A stretch of DNA of 36,751 bases from an uncultured Candidatus Saccharibacteria bacterium (GCA_964399865.1 CAYNRJ010000002.1:227108-263858); one strand, 5' to 3'; shown: positions 9,298 to 18,306, numbered from the stretch's first letter. The notes: generated from the letters alone by a model not told the origin. Made by a program: numbers and translations.

Positions 9298-10344
9298 ATG
9301 GATTTCTTCACAAATTTTAAATACACGCCTCTCAATATATTAAAAGTAGCAGTCGTCGGTGTCCTTGGTCTCATCGTTCTCGTTTTTGCGCTCAGTATTT
9401 TGAATTCTACTGTTAAACCACTCCTCCAGCAGGGAATTGCAGGAGTATCTTCGCCCTCTATGCCACCGTCCTACGGTATGGGGGGAGGGTATGCAGAAAG
9501 TGACGCCTCCTATAACTACTACAGTAAGGGCGAAGGGGTAAACCTCTCTGTCCGAAATATCATGCCGTACCCTCAGCCGATAGGCGGAACAGTGGGTAAT
9601 GACGCTGAAGAGTACGAAGTGACGGATTACAGCGCGTCAATTGAAACTCGTAATCGCGAGAAGACATGCCGAATGATTGCAGATCTCAAGGTGCGTTCGT
9701 ATGTCATCTTCGAGAGCGCGAATGAATCCGATACGACCTGTAGCTACTCATTCAAAGTTGAACACGAGCAAGTCGAAGAAATTTTAGCGTTCATTAAAGA
9801 GCTCAATCCGAAAGATCTTTCGGAAAGTACATACACGATTAAGCGCCAGATCGAAGATTACACAAGTGAAGAAGAGATCCTCACTAAGAAACTCGCTTCA
9901 ATTGATGAAACTCTCGCAAATTCAATACGCGCTTACAATGAGATAACTGCTCTCGCAACCGGCTCGCAGAATGTAGACACGCTCGCAAAGATAATTGATA
10001 GCCGGCTCCAGTTGCTCGAGCGGCTTACGCAGGAGCGCATCAATATCAACGCACAGCTCGAACGACTCGCACGCGCAAAAGAGGAGCAGCTCGATCGCTT
10101 GGAGTACACATACTTTAACGTGTATGTATACGAGAATAAATTTGTAGACTTCGAGAACATTCAAGATTCTTGGAAAGCGGCCATCCGAGATTTCTTCGCG
10201 ACCGTAAATAAGGCATTCCAGGATGCGACGATCAATCTCATCGCGCTCCTCATATCAACTATTCCATTCATCTTATATCTCATCATCCTGCTTGTAGCTG
10301 CAAAATATGGTTGGAAGTTTGTGAGACGTGTTTGGGAGAAGTAA
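9298..10344 (+). CDS. Membrane protein with a central coiled coil (DUF4349-like architecture)
   Basis: I prefer the internal ATG (MDFFTNFKY...) because of the upstream -10 box and because 9205 abuts the divergent gene start. It has an N-terminal TM, a coiled-coil middle and C-terminal TM helices. The DUF4349 assignment is tentative. Confidence 0.6.
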   Translation: MDFFTNFKYTPLNILKVAVVGVLGLIVLVFALSILNSTVKPLLQQGIAGVSSPSMPPSYGMGGGYAESDASYNYYSKGEGVNLSVRNIMPYPQPIGGTVGNDAEEYEVTDYSASIETRNREKTCRMIADLKVRSYVIFESANESDTTCSYSFKVEHEQVEEILAFIKELNPKDLSESTYTIKRQIEDYTSEEEILTKKLASIDETLANSIRAYNEITALATGSQNVDTLAKIIDSRLQLLERLTQERININAQLERLARAKEEQLDRLEYTYFNVYVYENKFVDFENIQDSWKAAIRDFFATVNKAFQDATINLIALLISTIPFILYLIILLVAAKYGWKFVRRVWEK

Positions 10345-10351
10345 TGCTACT

Positions 10352-11131
10352 ATGGTCCGCGTGAAGAAAGGACCACAAAAAACCTCCTGGGAGCCGGTAG
10401 CCTCGTGGTATGACGAGATGCTTTCCTCACAGGATACATTTCAGACTCAGGTCATCCTGCCGAATCTCCTCCGACTACTACCGCCAAAAGGGAAGCGCAT
10501 AATAGATATTGCGTGTGGCCAAGGGTTTTTCTCAAAGAATTTTGCAGACGCGGGCGGAGAGGTGCTAGGTATTGATATCGCCCCCTCTCTCATTGAGCGT
10601 GCAAGAGAAAATGCAGGAAAGAATTTGAAATTTGAAGTAGCGTCCGCGTCGAAGATGAGTATGGCAGAGAGCGGTTACTTTGACGGTGGAATGATCGTGC
10701 TCGCACTTCAAAATATTGAGGACATGCCAGAGTCGCTCGCGGAAGCAGCGCGTGTCTTAAAAAACAACGGCACCCTTGTCATCGTTCTAAATCATCCTTG
10801 CTTCCGCATTCCTAAAGCATCGTCGTGGGGGTTTGATGAGACGATGAATACCCAGTATCGACGCGTTGATCATTACGGTGTCCCGTTCTCGCAGAAAATC
10901 GACATGACGCCTGGCGCGAAGAATGAGGGCGAGAAAATTCACACTATGTCATTTCATCGCCCGCTTCAGGATTACGTGAAATTCCTCGTGAAAGCAGGAT
11001 TTGTCGTTGTGGGTCTCGAAGAGTGGATATCACACAGAAGAAGCGAAAAAGGCCCGCGCTCTGAAGCAGAAGATACGGCCCGAAAAGAATTTCCCATGTT
11101 TCTCACGATAGTCTCTCGAAAGAATTCATAA
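10352..11131 (+). CDS. Class I SAM-dependent methyltransferase
   Basis: Motif I IIDIACGQGFFS, followed by VLGIDI and GTLVIVLNHP. The start is ATG 10352 (track GTG 10328 overlaps the preceding gene). Confidence 0.8.
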   Translation: MVRVKKGPQKTSWEPVASWYDEMLSSQDTFQTQVILPNLLRLLPPKGKRIIDIACGQGFFSKNFADAGGEVLGIDIAPSLIERARENAGKNLKFEVASASKMSMAESGYFDGGMIVLALQNIEDMPESLAEAARVLKNNGTLVIVLNHPCFRIPKASSWGFDETMNTQYRRVDHYGVPFSQKIDMTPGAKNEGEKIHTMSFHRPLQDYVKFLVKAGFVVVGLEEWISHRRSEKGPRSEAEDTARKEFPMFLTIVSRKNS

Positions 11132-11210
11132 TTTTGCTGTACGTCTAAGAGTGTGGCATTGTGCTGTTGCTTCCCGGACTAGGGGGAAGAGTTCATGGAG
11201 AACAACGCGC

Positions 11211-11924
11211 ATGCAAGAAGTTGCGGATTGTTACACGCTCGCGGGGGCGATGGTACGGACCGGGATTCCAGGGGTGCATAACGAGCCGGGTCTCCGCGCT
11301 CTTCTTTTGGGGTCGCTGGTCATTCATTTCGGTGCGGGACCAACAGGGTTACTGCCGATATGCACACACAATACCCTATGGAGTGCTGCGCCGATCACGA
11401 CCAAGGGGAAGATCGTAAAGCTCGTCGGTGGACATCAGCGTGGCACGGCCTTGCTCTGCGTCGACGGAAGGAATCTTGCGTTCCCTGAGCCTCCGCCGGA
11501 GCTCGATTTCAGCGGCGATCCGCTGATGCCAAGACTGATGTGGCCCGGCGGCGAAGGGGTTGAAGTCCCCACGGCGCAATCTGGAATGCGATCAGATCCT
11601 GATCAGGTTCAGCTGTTCGCGTTGACGGAAGGGAAGTCCATCCTTGTCGTCGACAAGAACGTGCGGATCATGAACGTGACGATGCATCCGGACGGCATTC
11701 CGCACGCGGTGATGGCAACGGTCGAAGACGTGGTTCGCCACGTCATCGGGCGCTCGCTGTTCGCGCGCACTGGGCTCGAACTGTTGTGGTGCCTGCGAGT
11801 GCTCAATCGCATCGGTAAGCGTGATCTAGCAGAACCCGTCCTCACGAAGATGCAGCACAGGAATCCTCGATTTGTCCTCGACTGGGACAACCTGAGGCTG
11901 TATCCGGACTCGGTGAGACCGTAA
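11211..11924 (+). CDS. Hypothetical protein (GC-rich islet 1)
   Basis: 237 aa from ATG 11211. I recognise no family. The sequence is visibly GC-rich compared with the flanks, and a GC-rich hairpin follows. Confidence 0.5.
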   Translation: MQEVADCYTLAGAMVRTGIPGVHNEPGLRALLLGSLVIHFGAGPTGLLPICTHNTLWSAAPITTKGKIVKLVGGHQRGTALLCVDGRNLAFPEPPPELDFSGDPLMPRLMWPGGEGVEVPTAQSGMRSDPDQVQLFALTEGKSILVVDKNVRIMNVTMHPDGIPHAVMATVEDVVRHVIGRSLFARTGLELLWCLRVLNRIGKRDLAEPVLTKMQHRNPRFVLDWDNLRLYPDSVRP

Positions 11925-11930
11925 GGAACG

Positions 11931-11959
11931 GCGGGCGGCTTCTCCGCGAAGCCGCCCGC
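11931..11959 (+). terminator. GC-rich hairpin after islet-1 ORF
   Basis: gcgggcggcttc / tccgc / gaagccgcccgc is a perfect 12-bp stem. The downstream T-run is weak (gaaaatcttcatttt). Confidence 0.5.
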
Positions 11960-12004
11960 GAAAATCTTCATTTTAAAAACATGAGCGTGATATAGTTTTC
12001 TTAT

Positions 12005-12367
12005 ATGCTTAATCACATCGGACTACACGTGAAAGACGTTGAGAAAAGTAAGGCGTTTTATTCAGCAGCACTTGCGCCACTTGGATACAAAGTGTTAAAA
12101 GAATTTCCAGAATGGAATGTCGTGGGTTTAGGTGAAGAGAATCCTGATTTTTGGATATCAAAAGAAGAGAGCGCGGGAACAACGCACGTCGCATTCACTG
12201 CAGTAAATCATGCGGCGGTCGACGCATTCTACGAAGCAGCGATTGCAAACGGGGGAAAGGATAATGGAAAGCCAGGAATTCGCGAGATGTATAGTCCGAC
12301 GTATTACGCGGCGTTCGCGTACGATCCGGATGGAAATAACATAGAGGTCGTAAGTTTCACTCCATAA
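12005..12367 (+). CDS. VOC (glyoxalase/bleomycin-resistance) family protein
   Basis: MLNHIGLHVKDVEKSKAFY... and ...DPDGNNIEV are typical VOC fold motifs. TGATATAGT lies 8 nt upstream of the ATG. Confidence 0.85.
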   Translation: MLNHIGLHVKDVEKSKAFYSAALAPLGYKVLKEFPEWNVVGLGEENPDFWISKEESAGTTHVAFTAVNHAAVDAFYEAAIANGGKDNGKPGIREMYSPTYYAAFAYDPDGNNIEVVSFTP

Positions 12368-12428
12368 TTCCTTTAATTTCCTCGATAAAAAACACTGTTG
12401 CGCGATTTAAGATAGAGGTATACGGTTA

Positions 12429-13067
12429 ATGCATATGGCAAAGTACATCATCGGAGTCATCGTGCTGATCTTACTCGCAGCGGGAGGGTATTACATGCTC
12501 AATAACGACATCACTCCTCCGCAGGAAGAAACTCCACCTGTCATTGAACCAACAACTAGCACGTACGCGACTTCTACTTTCTCGGTCACGTATCCAAAGG
12601 AATACATGATTGATACAAAGTACCAGTACAAGGGAGTTCCAAATAAACCGATCGATGGCGTAAGTTTTACGATCCCGCTTTCGATGGCGACAGGTACGAA
12701 TCTCTCCGGCGATTCGCGTGTCTCGATCGAGTGGTTGCCACGAGCAAGAACATGCACAGCTGATATTTATTTCCTCGACAACGTGCGTGCGCGTGAAGTA
12801 ACAGAAGGAGGTATGAAATATTCCGTTGCGTCAACGAGCGACGCTGGGGCAGGGAATTTCTATGAGGAAATGGTATATGCACTTCCGGAGAGTTCTCCGT
12901 GCACAGCCGTACGATATTTCATTCATTCAACGAGTCTTGGTAACTATGCGACCGGAACAGTTCGCGCATATGATCGCGTAGGACTTATCCGCGCGTTCGA
13001 TAATCTCCGTACATCCATCAAGTGGGGAGGCGCATCAGTGTCCACAACGACCGTACAAGACTTTTGA
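12429..13067 (+). CDS. Hypothetical membrane-anchored secreted protein
   Basis: 212 aa with an N-terminal TM (IIGVIVLILLAAGGYYML) and a Pro/Thr linker. No family recognised. Confidence 0.6.
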   Translation: MHMAKYIIGVIVLILLAAGGYYMLNNDITPPQEETPPVIEPTTSTYATSTFSVTYPKEYMIDTKYQYKGVPNKPIDGVSFTIPLSMATGTNLSGDSRVSIEWLPRARTCTADIYFLDNVRAREVTEGGMKYSVASTSDAGAGNFYEEMVYALPESSPCTAVRYFIHSTSLGNYATGTVRAYDRVGLIRAFDNLRTSIKWGGASVSTTTVQDF

Positions 13068-13144
13068 CACGGGACTGAATTGGAGGCATAATGTAATAAG
13101 CACTGCGTTTGGGGTGCTTATGTGATGCGGCACAAGGGGGCCAC

Positions 13145-13339
13145 ATGATGCATGCACGCAATGTAGTTCCTGCTGTTCGTCAGCAGGTAACCGTCGTCGC
13201 TCTCCCGGGTATCGACCTGGAAGAGTTCCGTCGGAAGAACCAGAAGAAGGAGCGGCGCCTGAATCGTCTCATCGTAGGGACGCTGATTCTCGGCATCTTT
13301 CTGATCGCTGGTCTCAAGTGGTGGCTGCCGGATATGTAG
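13145..13339 (+). CDS. Hypothetical small C-terminally TM-anchored protein (GC-rich islet 2)
   Basis: 64 aa from ATG 13145, preceded by caagggggcc. It has a basic segment followed by a TM (LIVGTLILGIFLIAGL), and a strong terminator follows. Confidence 0.4.
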   Translation: MMHARNVVPAVRQQVTVVALPGIDLEEFRRKNQKKERRLNRLIVGTLILGIFLIAGLKWWLPDM

Positions 13340-13366
13340 CGGCAAGTCTCCACGTCTCAATCTCGC

Positions 13367-13399
13367 GCGGCGGACCTTCGGGTCCGCCGCTTTGCTTTT
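13367..13399 (+). terminator. Rho-independent terminator
   Basis: gcggcggacc / ttcg / ggtccgccgc followed by tttgctttt. Confidence 0.7.
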
Positions 13400-13466
13400 A
13401 TGTACAACATCATCCAAAGATGATTTAGTGCATACCGCTTTGCTCTAACCTCGAAAGGAGGGCTCG

Positions 13467-14111
13467 TTGAAGAGGGTGCGGAATCTCGCTATAGCTCTAG
13501 CCCTTCTTGGTGTGTCCGTGGTCTTTCTGCGGTACATCACGGGGGCGGATTCAATACAATCGCTGCTCATCGCCGTTGCCTTGTTTGTGGGAGAGGTCAC
13601 GTGGGGTTCGGCTATTAGCCGGGCAGTGTTCGTTATTGTCGCGGTCTTGATCGTCTTGTTCATTCCCGTTCTCTTGCGTCGACGCCTCAAAATACGATGG
13701 CGGTTCTGGCGGATGCGAATTCGCCACTCGCTGCTCTATGTCAGCGAGCGTGGGTGGCTCATGTGGAACAGCCTGCCCCTCTTTGTGCGCGCTGTTATCG
13801 TGATGGGTACGGCGATGCTTGCGGGTAGTACGCTGTGGCTCATCGCCTTCCTGCTCCCGTTCCTGGCGAAGACGGCGTTCGGCATCGTGGTGATCCGCTA
13901 TCTCGCGCAAACAGCTGCGGCCCGAAGCGTTCGCGGCCTGACACCGTATGCGTGGAGACTCCTGCCTCGCCCTTTGCGATCCGTTGCAGAAAGAGAGTAT
14001 CGCCGCCTGTGGTGGAGAACGACGCGGCGCGCTATCCGAGAGAGGAAGGCACGAGAGCTCTTGATCGCAAAACATCGTGAAGAGCGCAGACAGAAGAAGA
14101 TCGCTCCGTGA
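13467..14111 (+). CDS. Hypothetical polytopic membrane protein with an Arg-rich tail (GC-rich islet 2)
   Basis: TTG start 5 nt after AAAGGAGG. There are 4-5 hydrophobic helices and an R/K-rich C-terminus. A terminator follows directly. Confidence 0.55.
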   Translation: MKRVRNLAIALALLGVSVVFLRYITGADSIQSLLIAVALFVGEVTWGSAISRAVFVIVAVLIVLFIPVLLRRRLKIRWRFWRMRIRHSLLYVSERGWLMWNSLPLFVRAVIVMGTAMLAGSTLWLIAFLLPFLAKTAFGIVVIRYLAQTAAARSVRGLTPYAWRLLPRPLRSVAEREYRRLWWRTTRRAIRERKARELLIAKHREERRQKKIAP

Positions 14112-14146
14112 AGCCGCGACGCAAATGCCGCGGCTTCTTTCTTATT
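14110..14146 (+). terminator. Rho-independent terminator
   Basis: gaagccgcg / 10-nt loop / cgcggcttc followed by tttcttatt. Confidence 0.65.
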
Positions 14147-14207
14147 ACAGTACGTGATATGTTTTTCGCCGGCTTCACAACGGCTCTAACGAGCGAGGGA
14201 GGAAAGC

Positions 14208-14558
14208 ATGAAAGGCTTACTCGGTCAGTTTCTGCTCTGGGAATGGGAGGGCACTGCACGGTTTCGCAGGGCGTCGCTCATCTTCGTTGGGCAGACGACA
14301 CTCTTGCTCATTGCACTGATTCTCGCAGACAGCGTTCTAATGGCGCGCGAACCTTTGCGGGCGCCACCGTTCGTTGCTCTCGTGCCAAGGCCGCCTGCTC
14401 TGCCATGGGAAGAGGAGCGTCCCTCGCGCGGGGGTGACGGCAACACTCCCCGCGACAATGGTCACAGAATCCTTGTGGGCGCGCGTCCTTCCGCAGCCGG
14501 GCGGCGAGTACGGCGCGGCGGACACCGCAACAGGAATCGAGATCCTGTCGCCGAATAG
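14208..14558 (+). CDS. Hypothetical protein (GC-rich islet 2), weakly supported
   Basis: ATG preceded by gagggaggaaagc. It has an N-terminal TM-like segment, but the rest is low-complexity R/G/P-rich. A hairpin follows at 14574-14594. An antisense ORF (14337..14717) competes with it. Confidence 0.3.
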   Translation: MKGLLGQFLLWEWEGTARFRRASLIFVGQTTLLLIALILADSVLMAREPLRAPPFVALVPRPPALPWEEERPSRGGDGNTPRDNGHRILVGARPSAAGRRVRRGGHRNRNRDPVAE

Positions 14559-14573
14559 GCGGATATCATTACG

Positions 14574-14594
14574 GGCCGGCGCCATGCGCCGGCC
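14574..14594 (+). terminator. 9-bp GC hairpin at the right edge of islet 2
   Basis: ggccggcgc / cat / gcgccggcc. The T-run is weak (tgaagctttt). Confidence 0.4.
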
Positions 14595-14620
14595 TGAAGC
14601 TTTTACATATCCTCCAATTT

Positions 14621-14629
14621 TGATATATT
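14621..14629 (+). promoter_or_regulatory. Extended -10 element TGATATATT, 6 nt upstream of ATG 14636
   Basis: No Shine-Dalgarno site between the box and the ATG. Confidence 0.45.
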
Positions 14630-14635
14630 CACGCG

Positions 14636-14935
14636 ATGCAATTAAATTTTCCACACAAGTTTTCAAAATTTGAGGCGAAACAAAAGGTGAAGCAGATGCT
14701 TGAGGCTGCGCGTACACAGCCAGAATTTAAGGAGAAGGTGAACATTACAGAAGAGCGCTGGGAGAATGACGTATTTCATTTTGCTTTTACCGCCCAAGGT
14801 CAGCACATCAGCGGTACGCTCGAAGTCAAAGAAAAAGAATATGACATCAACGCAAAATTGCCGCTTATGATGCGCCTCTTTGAAGGGAAGATAAAGAAAG
14901 CTATTGAAGCGCAGACCAAAGAGCTCCTCGGCTAA
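14636..14935 (+). CDS. Small protein resembling the putative polyhydroxyalkanoate-system protein family (PHA_gran_rgn-like)
   Basis: 99 aa. The pattern (short beta start, helix, W.ND..F.F...G..ISG.L.V....Y.I...LP....LF..KI...I) resembles that family as I remember it. The assignment is tentative. Confidence 0.55.
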   Translation: MQLNFPHKFSKFEAKQKVKQMLEAARTQPEFKEKVNITEERWENDVFHFAFTAQGQHISGTLEVKEKEYDINAKLPLMMRLFEGKIKKAIEAQTKELLG

Positions 14936-15637
14936 ATGGAACCTCAAGTCATCGCGGATAAGGATTCGATTCTCGTGCTCGACAAGCCCGCAGGTCTAAT
15001 CGCGCATTCCGATGGCCGCACAAAAGAGCCGTCGGTTGCCGAGTGGCTTTTGAGACGGTATCCAGAATTGTCATCAGTTGGCGAACCGTGGGTGTCCCCT
15101 CAAGGAGAAACGATTCTTCGACCGGGTCTCGTGCACCGACTCGATCGGACAACTTCAGGCGTGATGATCGTTGCAAAAGCTCCTGAGAGTTACACGTATT
15201 TCAAAAAAGAATTTAATCAACGAAGGATCGAAAAAACATATCGTGCGTTCGTGTATGGTCACATTGCGGAGAAGGGAAGAGTTGTTGCTGAAATTGTTCG
15301 CAGTCCTAAGCCCCCGCGAAAGTGGTACGCGCGTCCTTGCGATGAAAGTGATAAACGCGCGGCTATTACGGAATGGACGCTGCTCGAACATCGAGAGAAA
15401 GATGGCATACCGTATTCATATATAGAAGTGCGACCGCTGACCGGCCGCACGCACCAGATACGCGTGCACCTTTCTTCGATCGGGCACGCGCTTGTTGCAG
15501 ATCATCAATACGCACCAGATCAGCCCACTCTCGGATTCACTCGCCCGATGCTTCACGCATACACAATTTCTCTGACCCTACCAAATGGGAATCCGGCGAC
15601 TTATACAGCCTCACTGCCAAACGATTTTATCGTGTAA
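14936..15637 (+). CDS. RluA-family pseudouridine synthase (no S4 domain)
   Basis: HRLDRTTSGVMIVAK (catalytic Asp) and GRTHQIRVHL motifs. The ATG directly abuts the previous stop. Confidence 0.9.
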   Translation: MEPQVIADKDSILVLDKPAGLIAHSDGRTKEPSVAEWLLRRYPELSSVGEPWVSPQGETILRPGLVHRLDRTTSGVMIVAKAPESYTYFKKEFNQRRIEKTYRAFVYGHIAEKGRVVAEIVRSPKPPRKWYARPCDESDKRAAITEWTLLEHREKDGIPYSYIEVRPLTGRTHQIRVHLSSIGHALVADHQYAPDQPTLGFTRPMLHAYTISLTLPNGNPATYTASLPNDFIV

Positions 15638-15710
15638 GTTGACTCAGTCTGAATTTTATTGCAGTATCCATTTAGCTCCGGAAGGAGAACCCTCATATCG
15701 GGAGACCGCA

Positions 15711-16130
15711 ATGACACGAGATGAAGAATTGCTCCTGAAGGCACGTGAACTGCAGGATGAGCTTCGGAGGAACGGGCAGATTAATACCGGCGAAATGATC
15801 GTGATCGAACTCTTCGCAGAGCGCGACCCGGTCGTGCGGATCGAGCCGATGAAGCGGGGTACCAAGGAAGTTCTGACCGACCACGACATCGGCGACGCGG
15901 ATTGGGATCTTGTCTTGTCCCAGCCCTGGACGTCTGCACAAGCCGACTTTCTGCAGCTGATCAGGGCAAACGGCAATCAGGCGACGGCCCTCTCAGGTGA
16001 GATTGGAGTTACTCGTGGCAGGATTAATCGGGAGTTCGCGCGATACCTGTTGCCGTATCAGCTTCGCCTCGAGGATGGCCGCGCAGGTCACCCGAGGCGG
16101 CCAGTGCGTCTCTTTCGGACGAGGAAATAG
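15711..16130 (+). CDS. GC-rich 139-aa ORFan, paralog A (islet 3)
   Basis: ATG 15711 downstream of ggaaggaga/gggaga. It aligns collinearly with the 139-aa product of 19971..20390 (AREL, PVV, DADW, FL..(I/L)R..GN, RG.IN, LPY.L, DG, RP..LF). Confidence 0.6.
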   Translation: MTRDEELLLKARELQDELRRNGQINTGEMIVIELFAERDPVVRIEPMKRGTKEVLTDHDIGDADWDLVLSQPWTSAQADFLQLIRANGNQATALSGEIGVTRGRINREFARYLLPYQLRLEDGRAGHPRRPVRLFRTRK

Positions 16131-16144
16131 ATTTCCTGTCATCT

Positions 16145-16198
16145 CGCCTCGCCACAGAGCCGTCACGTCGCGCTCATGGCGAGGCGGCTTCTGTTTTT
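16145..16198 (+). terminator. Hairpin plus T-run after paralog A
   Basis: cgcctcgcc / 24-nt loop / ggcgaggcg followed by gcttctgttttt. Confidence 0.55.
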
Positions 16199-16240
16199 AG
16201 ATAAAAGCTACTGTAAATTTGTGTCCGAAAGAAAAATACA

Positions 16241-16246
16241 TAGAAT
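16241..16246 (+). promoter_or_regulatory. -10 hexamer TAGAAT, 6 nt upstream of ATG 16253
   Basis: No Shine-Dalgarno site in the intervening gccgcc. Confidence 0.45.
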
Positions 16247-16252
16247 GCCGCC

Positions 16253-17113
16253 ATGCCTTCTATACTGAGAAATTTGAAGTCCTACTCCTTCTTTTTCGCG
16301 AGCGGGATCCTTTTCCTTTTGAGCTTTCTATTCTGGCTCGCTCCGACTACACGTCCGTCTGACATTGTGAATGCGGTACAAGAATCCATGGGAGCGGCAG
16401 TTGCAGCAGTGATGCCTCAAGAGCCTCTCTTTGAATACATTGAAGTAATTGGTGGGTGTGGACCGTATTACACAGGGGGAGACTGTGTTGAGCTGCGCGC
16501 GGGCCCAAGTCTTGAGTACAGAATCATTGAGCGCCTCCGCATAGGGGTCGTTTTGAAAGTCGAAAAGAAAGAAGTGGTTGACGGTCTCACGTGGTACAAG
16601 ATCGATCAGAACGATGAATGGCTCCGCTATCCTGAACGAGTGAAAGGCGAGTGGTATGTATTCGCGAGCCCTACTACTGTCCGCGAATTTCTCGATGTTG
16701 GCACTAAGGATCTCTCTTCCATCACGAATGCGACCAGTACGAAGAAGATTCTCGTGGATCGCTCCGAGCAAATGCTCTACGCGTACGACGGCGATACTCT
16801 ATTTACACAATTATCTATCTCAACTGGCATCCAGCTTACTCCGACACCTCGCGGCACGTTCACTGTCTATAGGAAGACTCCGAGTCGCTACATGCAAGGT
16901 CCGCTACCGGGCATCAGTGAGAAGTATTACGATCTTCCGGGCGTCCCGTGGAATCTTTATTTCTCGGAACAGGGAGCCGTCATTCATGGTGCGTATTGGC
17001 ATGATAAGTTTGGACAAAGGTGGTCTAGTGGTTGCGTAAATGTGCCGCTCTCGGGTGCGCGCGCAATATATGAGTGGGCTGATGTAGGCACAACGGTAGT
17101 CGTACGGGACTAA
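16253..17113 (+). CDS. L,D-transpeptidase (YkuD domain) with an N-terminal TM and an SH3-like domain
   Basis: The catalytic region IHGAYWHDKFGQRWSSGCVNV matches the H...S.GC signature of YkuD enzymes. Confidence 0.9.
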   Translation: MPSILRNLKSYSFFFASGILFLLSFLFWLAPTTRPSDIVNAVQESMGAAVAAVMPQEPLFEYIEVIGGCGPYYTGGDCVELRAGPSLEYRIIERLRIGVVLKVEKKEVVDGLTWYKIDQNDEWLRYPERVKGEWYVFASPTTVREFLDVGTKDLSSITNATSTKKILVDRSEQMLYAYDGDTLFTQLSISTGIQLTPTPRGTFTVYRKTPSRYMQGPLPGISEKYYDLPGVPWNLYFSEQGAVIHGAYWHDKFGQRWSSGCVNVPLSGARAIYEWADVGTTVVVRD

Positions 17114-17207
17114 GACTCGCGAGGGATCTTAATACACAGACCGGTCAAAATGCCGTCTGGCTCATTGCTATACTGAAATTTGAGAGCTTTATCATTATGT
17201 ATATTAT

Positions 17208-17591
17208 ATGGATATAACAGTGTTTCTTTCCCAAATTTGGGGACCAGTCCTACTTGCACTCGGTCTTGGTTTTTTTATGAGCCCGAAGTTTTACATCAAA
17301 CTCTATCGCGACATCGAAAGAGAGACGTTCGCCGTATTCTTTTTTGGCGCGGCAGGAATTGCAGCCGGAATTGTGCAAATTCAATTCCACAATGTGTGGG
17401 AGACTATTCCTCAGATCATCGTGAGTCTCCTTGGCTGGGGACTCGTCGTCAAAGCTGCCACGTTCACTATCTTTCCAAAGATTGCTGATCGCGGAGGTGA
17501 TTGGGCTGTCGGCTCAAAGCTTGTTCCGGGAGTCGGCGCTGTACTCGTGCTTCTCGGAGGATACCTTTCTTGGATCGGCTTCTTCGGATAA
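17208..17591 (+). CDS. Hypothetical 4-TM membrane protein
   Basis: 127 aa with four hydrophobic segments. TTGCTATACT lies at 17166-17175 upstream. Confidence 0.55.
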   Translation: MDITVFLSQIWGPVLLALGLGFFMSPKFYIKLYRDIERETFAVFFFGAAGIAAGIVQIQFHNVWETIPQIIVSLLGWGLVVKAATFTIFPKIADRGGDWAVGSKLVPGVGAVLVLLGGYLSWIGFFG

Positions 17592-17619
17592 GCGCTCGCT
17601 AAGTGCGTAGGGCTTCGCG

Positions 17620-17625
17620 TATACT
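17620..17625 (+). promoter_or_regulatory. -10 hexamer TATACT, 6 nt upstream of ATG 17632
   Basis: gcgTATACTtctcgcATG, with no Shine-Dalgarno site. Confidence 0.45.
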
Positions 17626-17631
17626 TCTCGC

Positions 17632-18276
17632 ATGATACGAGCAGTCATTTTCGACATGGACGGCACCATGTTCGACACGGAAATTCTCTGGAAGGATATT
17701 TCGAACAAAGTAGCGCAGAAATACGGCCATGAAGTGGACGACACGTTGCGTACGCAAATGATGGGGAAGAAAGACAAGGAATCGCTCGGCGCAATGAAAG
17801 AGTATTTCGGATTGTCCGACAGCATCGATGACCTCATTCATACGCGCAGAAAAATGATCTTGGATGACGTGCGGACGGCGGGGGTGAAAGAAGGTTTGTT
17901 TGAACTACTCAATCTCTTGGATAAGAAGGGAATCAAAAAGGCTGTCGCTACGTCGTCATTTCGCGAATTAACGCAGAAATTTCTAGCGCAAGCGGGGATA
18001 GAGGATAGATTTGATGCGATTGTGTGCGGTGATGATGTCACTATTGGGAAACCGGATCCGATGATATTTCTAGAAGCATCCCGCCGTATTGGCGTGCCGC
18101 CTGCCGAATGTCTCGTCCTTGAAGACTCGCAAAACGGAGTGGAAGCTGGCGCAGCGGCCGGAATGACGGTTTTTGCTATTCCGCATGACTCGTCTCGGTA
18201 TCAGAATTTCCGTGTCGCAACTCGTGTCTTAAAATCAATGAAAGAAGTAGATGAGAAGTGTTTGGAGTCTCTCTAA
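17632..18276 (+). CDS. HAD-superfamily hydrolase (beta-phosphoglucomutase-like subfamily)
   Basis: Motif I VIFDMDGTMFDTE, motif II ATSS, and motif III/IV K...EDSQNGVEAG. Confidence 0.9.
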   Translation: MIRAVIFDMDGTMFDTEILWKDISNKVAQKYGHEVDDTLRTQMMGKKDKESLGAMKEYFGLSDSIDDLIHTRRKMILDDVRTAGVKEGLFELLNLLDKKGIKKAVATSSFRELTQKFLAQAGIEDRFDAIVCGDDVTIGKPDPMIFLEASRRIGVPPAECLVLEDSQNGVEAGAAAGMTVFAIPHDSSRYQNFRVATRVLKSMKEVDEKCLESL

Positions 18277-18306
18277 AAAGCGCTGCGTAATATCAAAAAA
18301 TAGTGC

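Noticed and set aside
13551-14075. Long antisense or alternative-frame ORFs inside GC-rich segments: 13551..14075(-), 14337..14717(-), 18303..18869(+), 19977..20489(-), 21089..21754(-), 11609..12016(-), 31350..31688(+), and also 2260..2763(-) inside the surface-protein gene.
   Set aside because: They are Arg/Pro/Gly-rich low-complexity translations typical of the off-frames of GC-rich coding DNA. The opposite strand or frame carries recognisable motifs, paralogy, SD sites and correctly oriented terminators.
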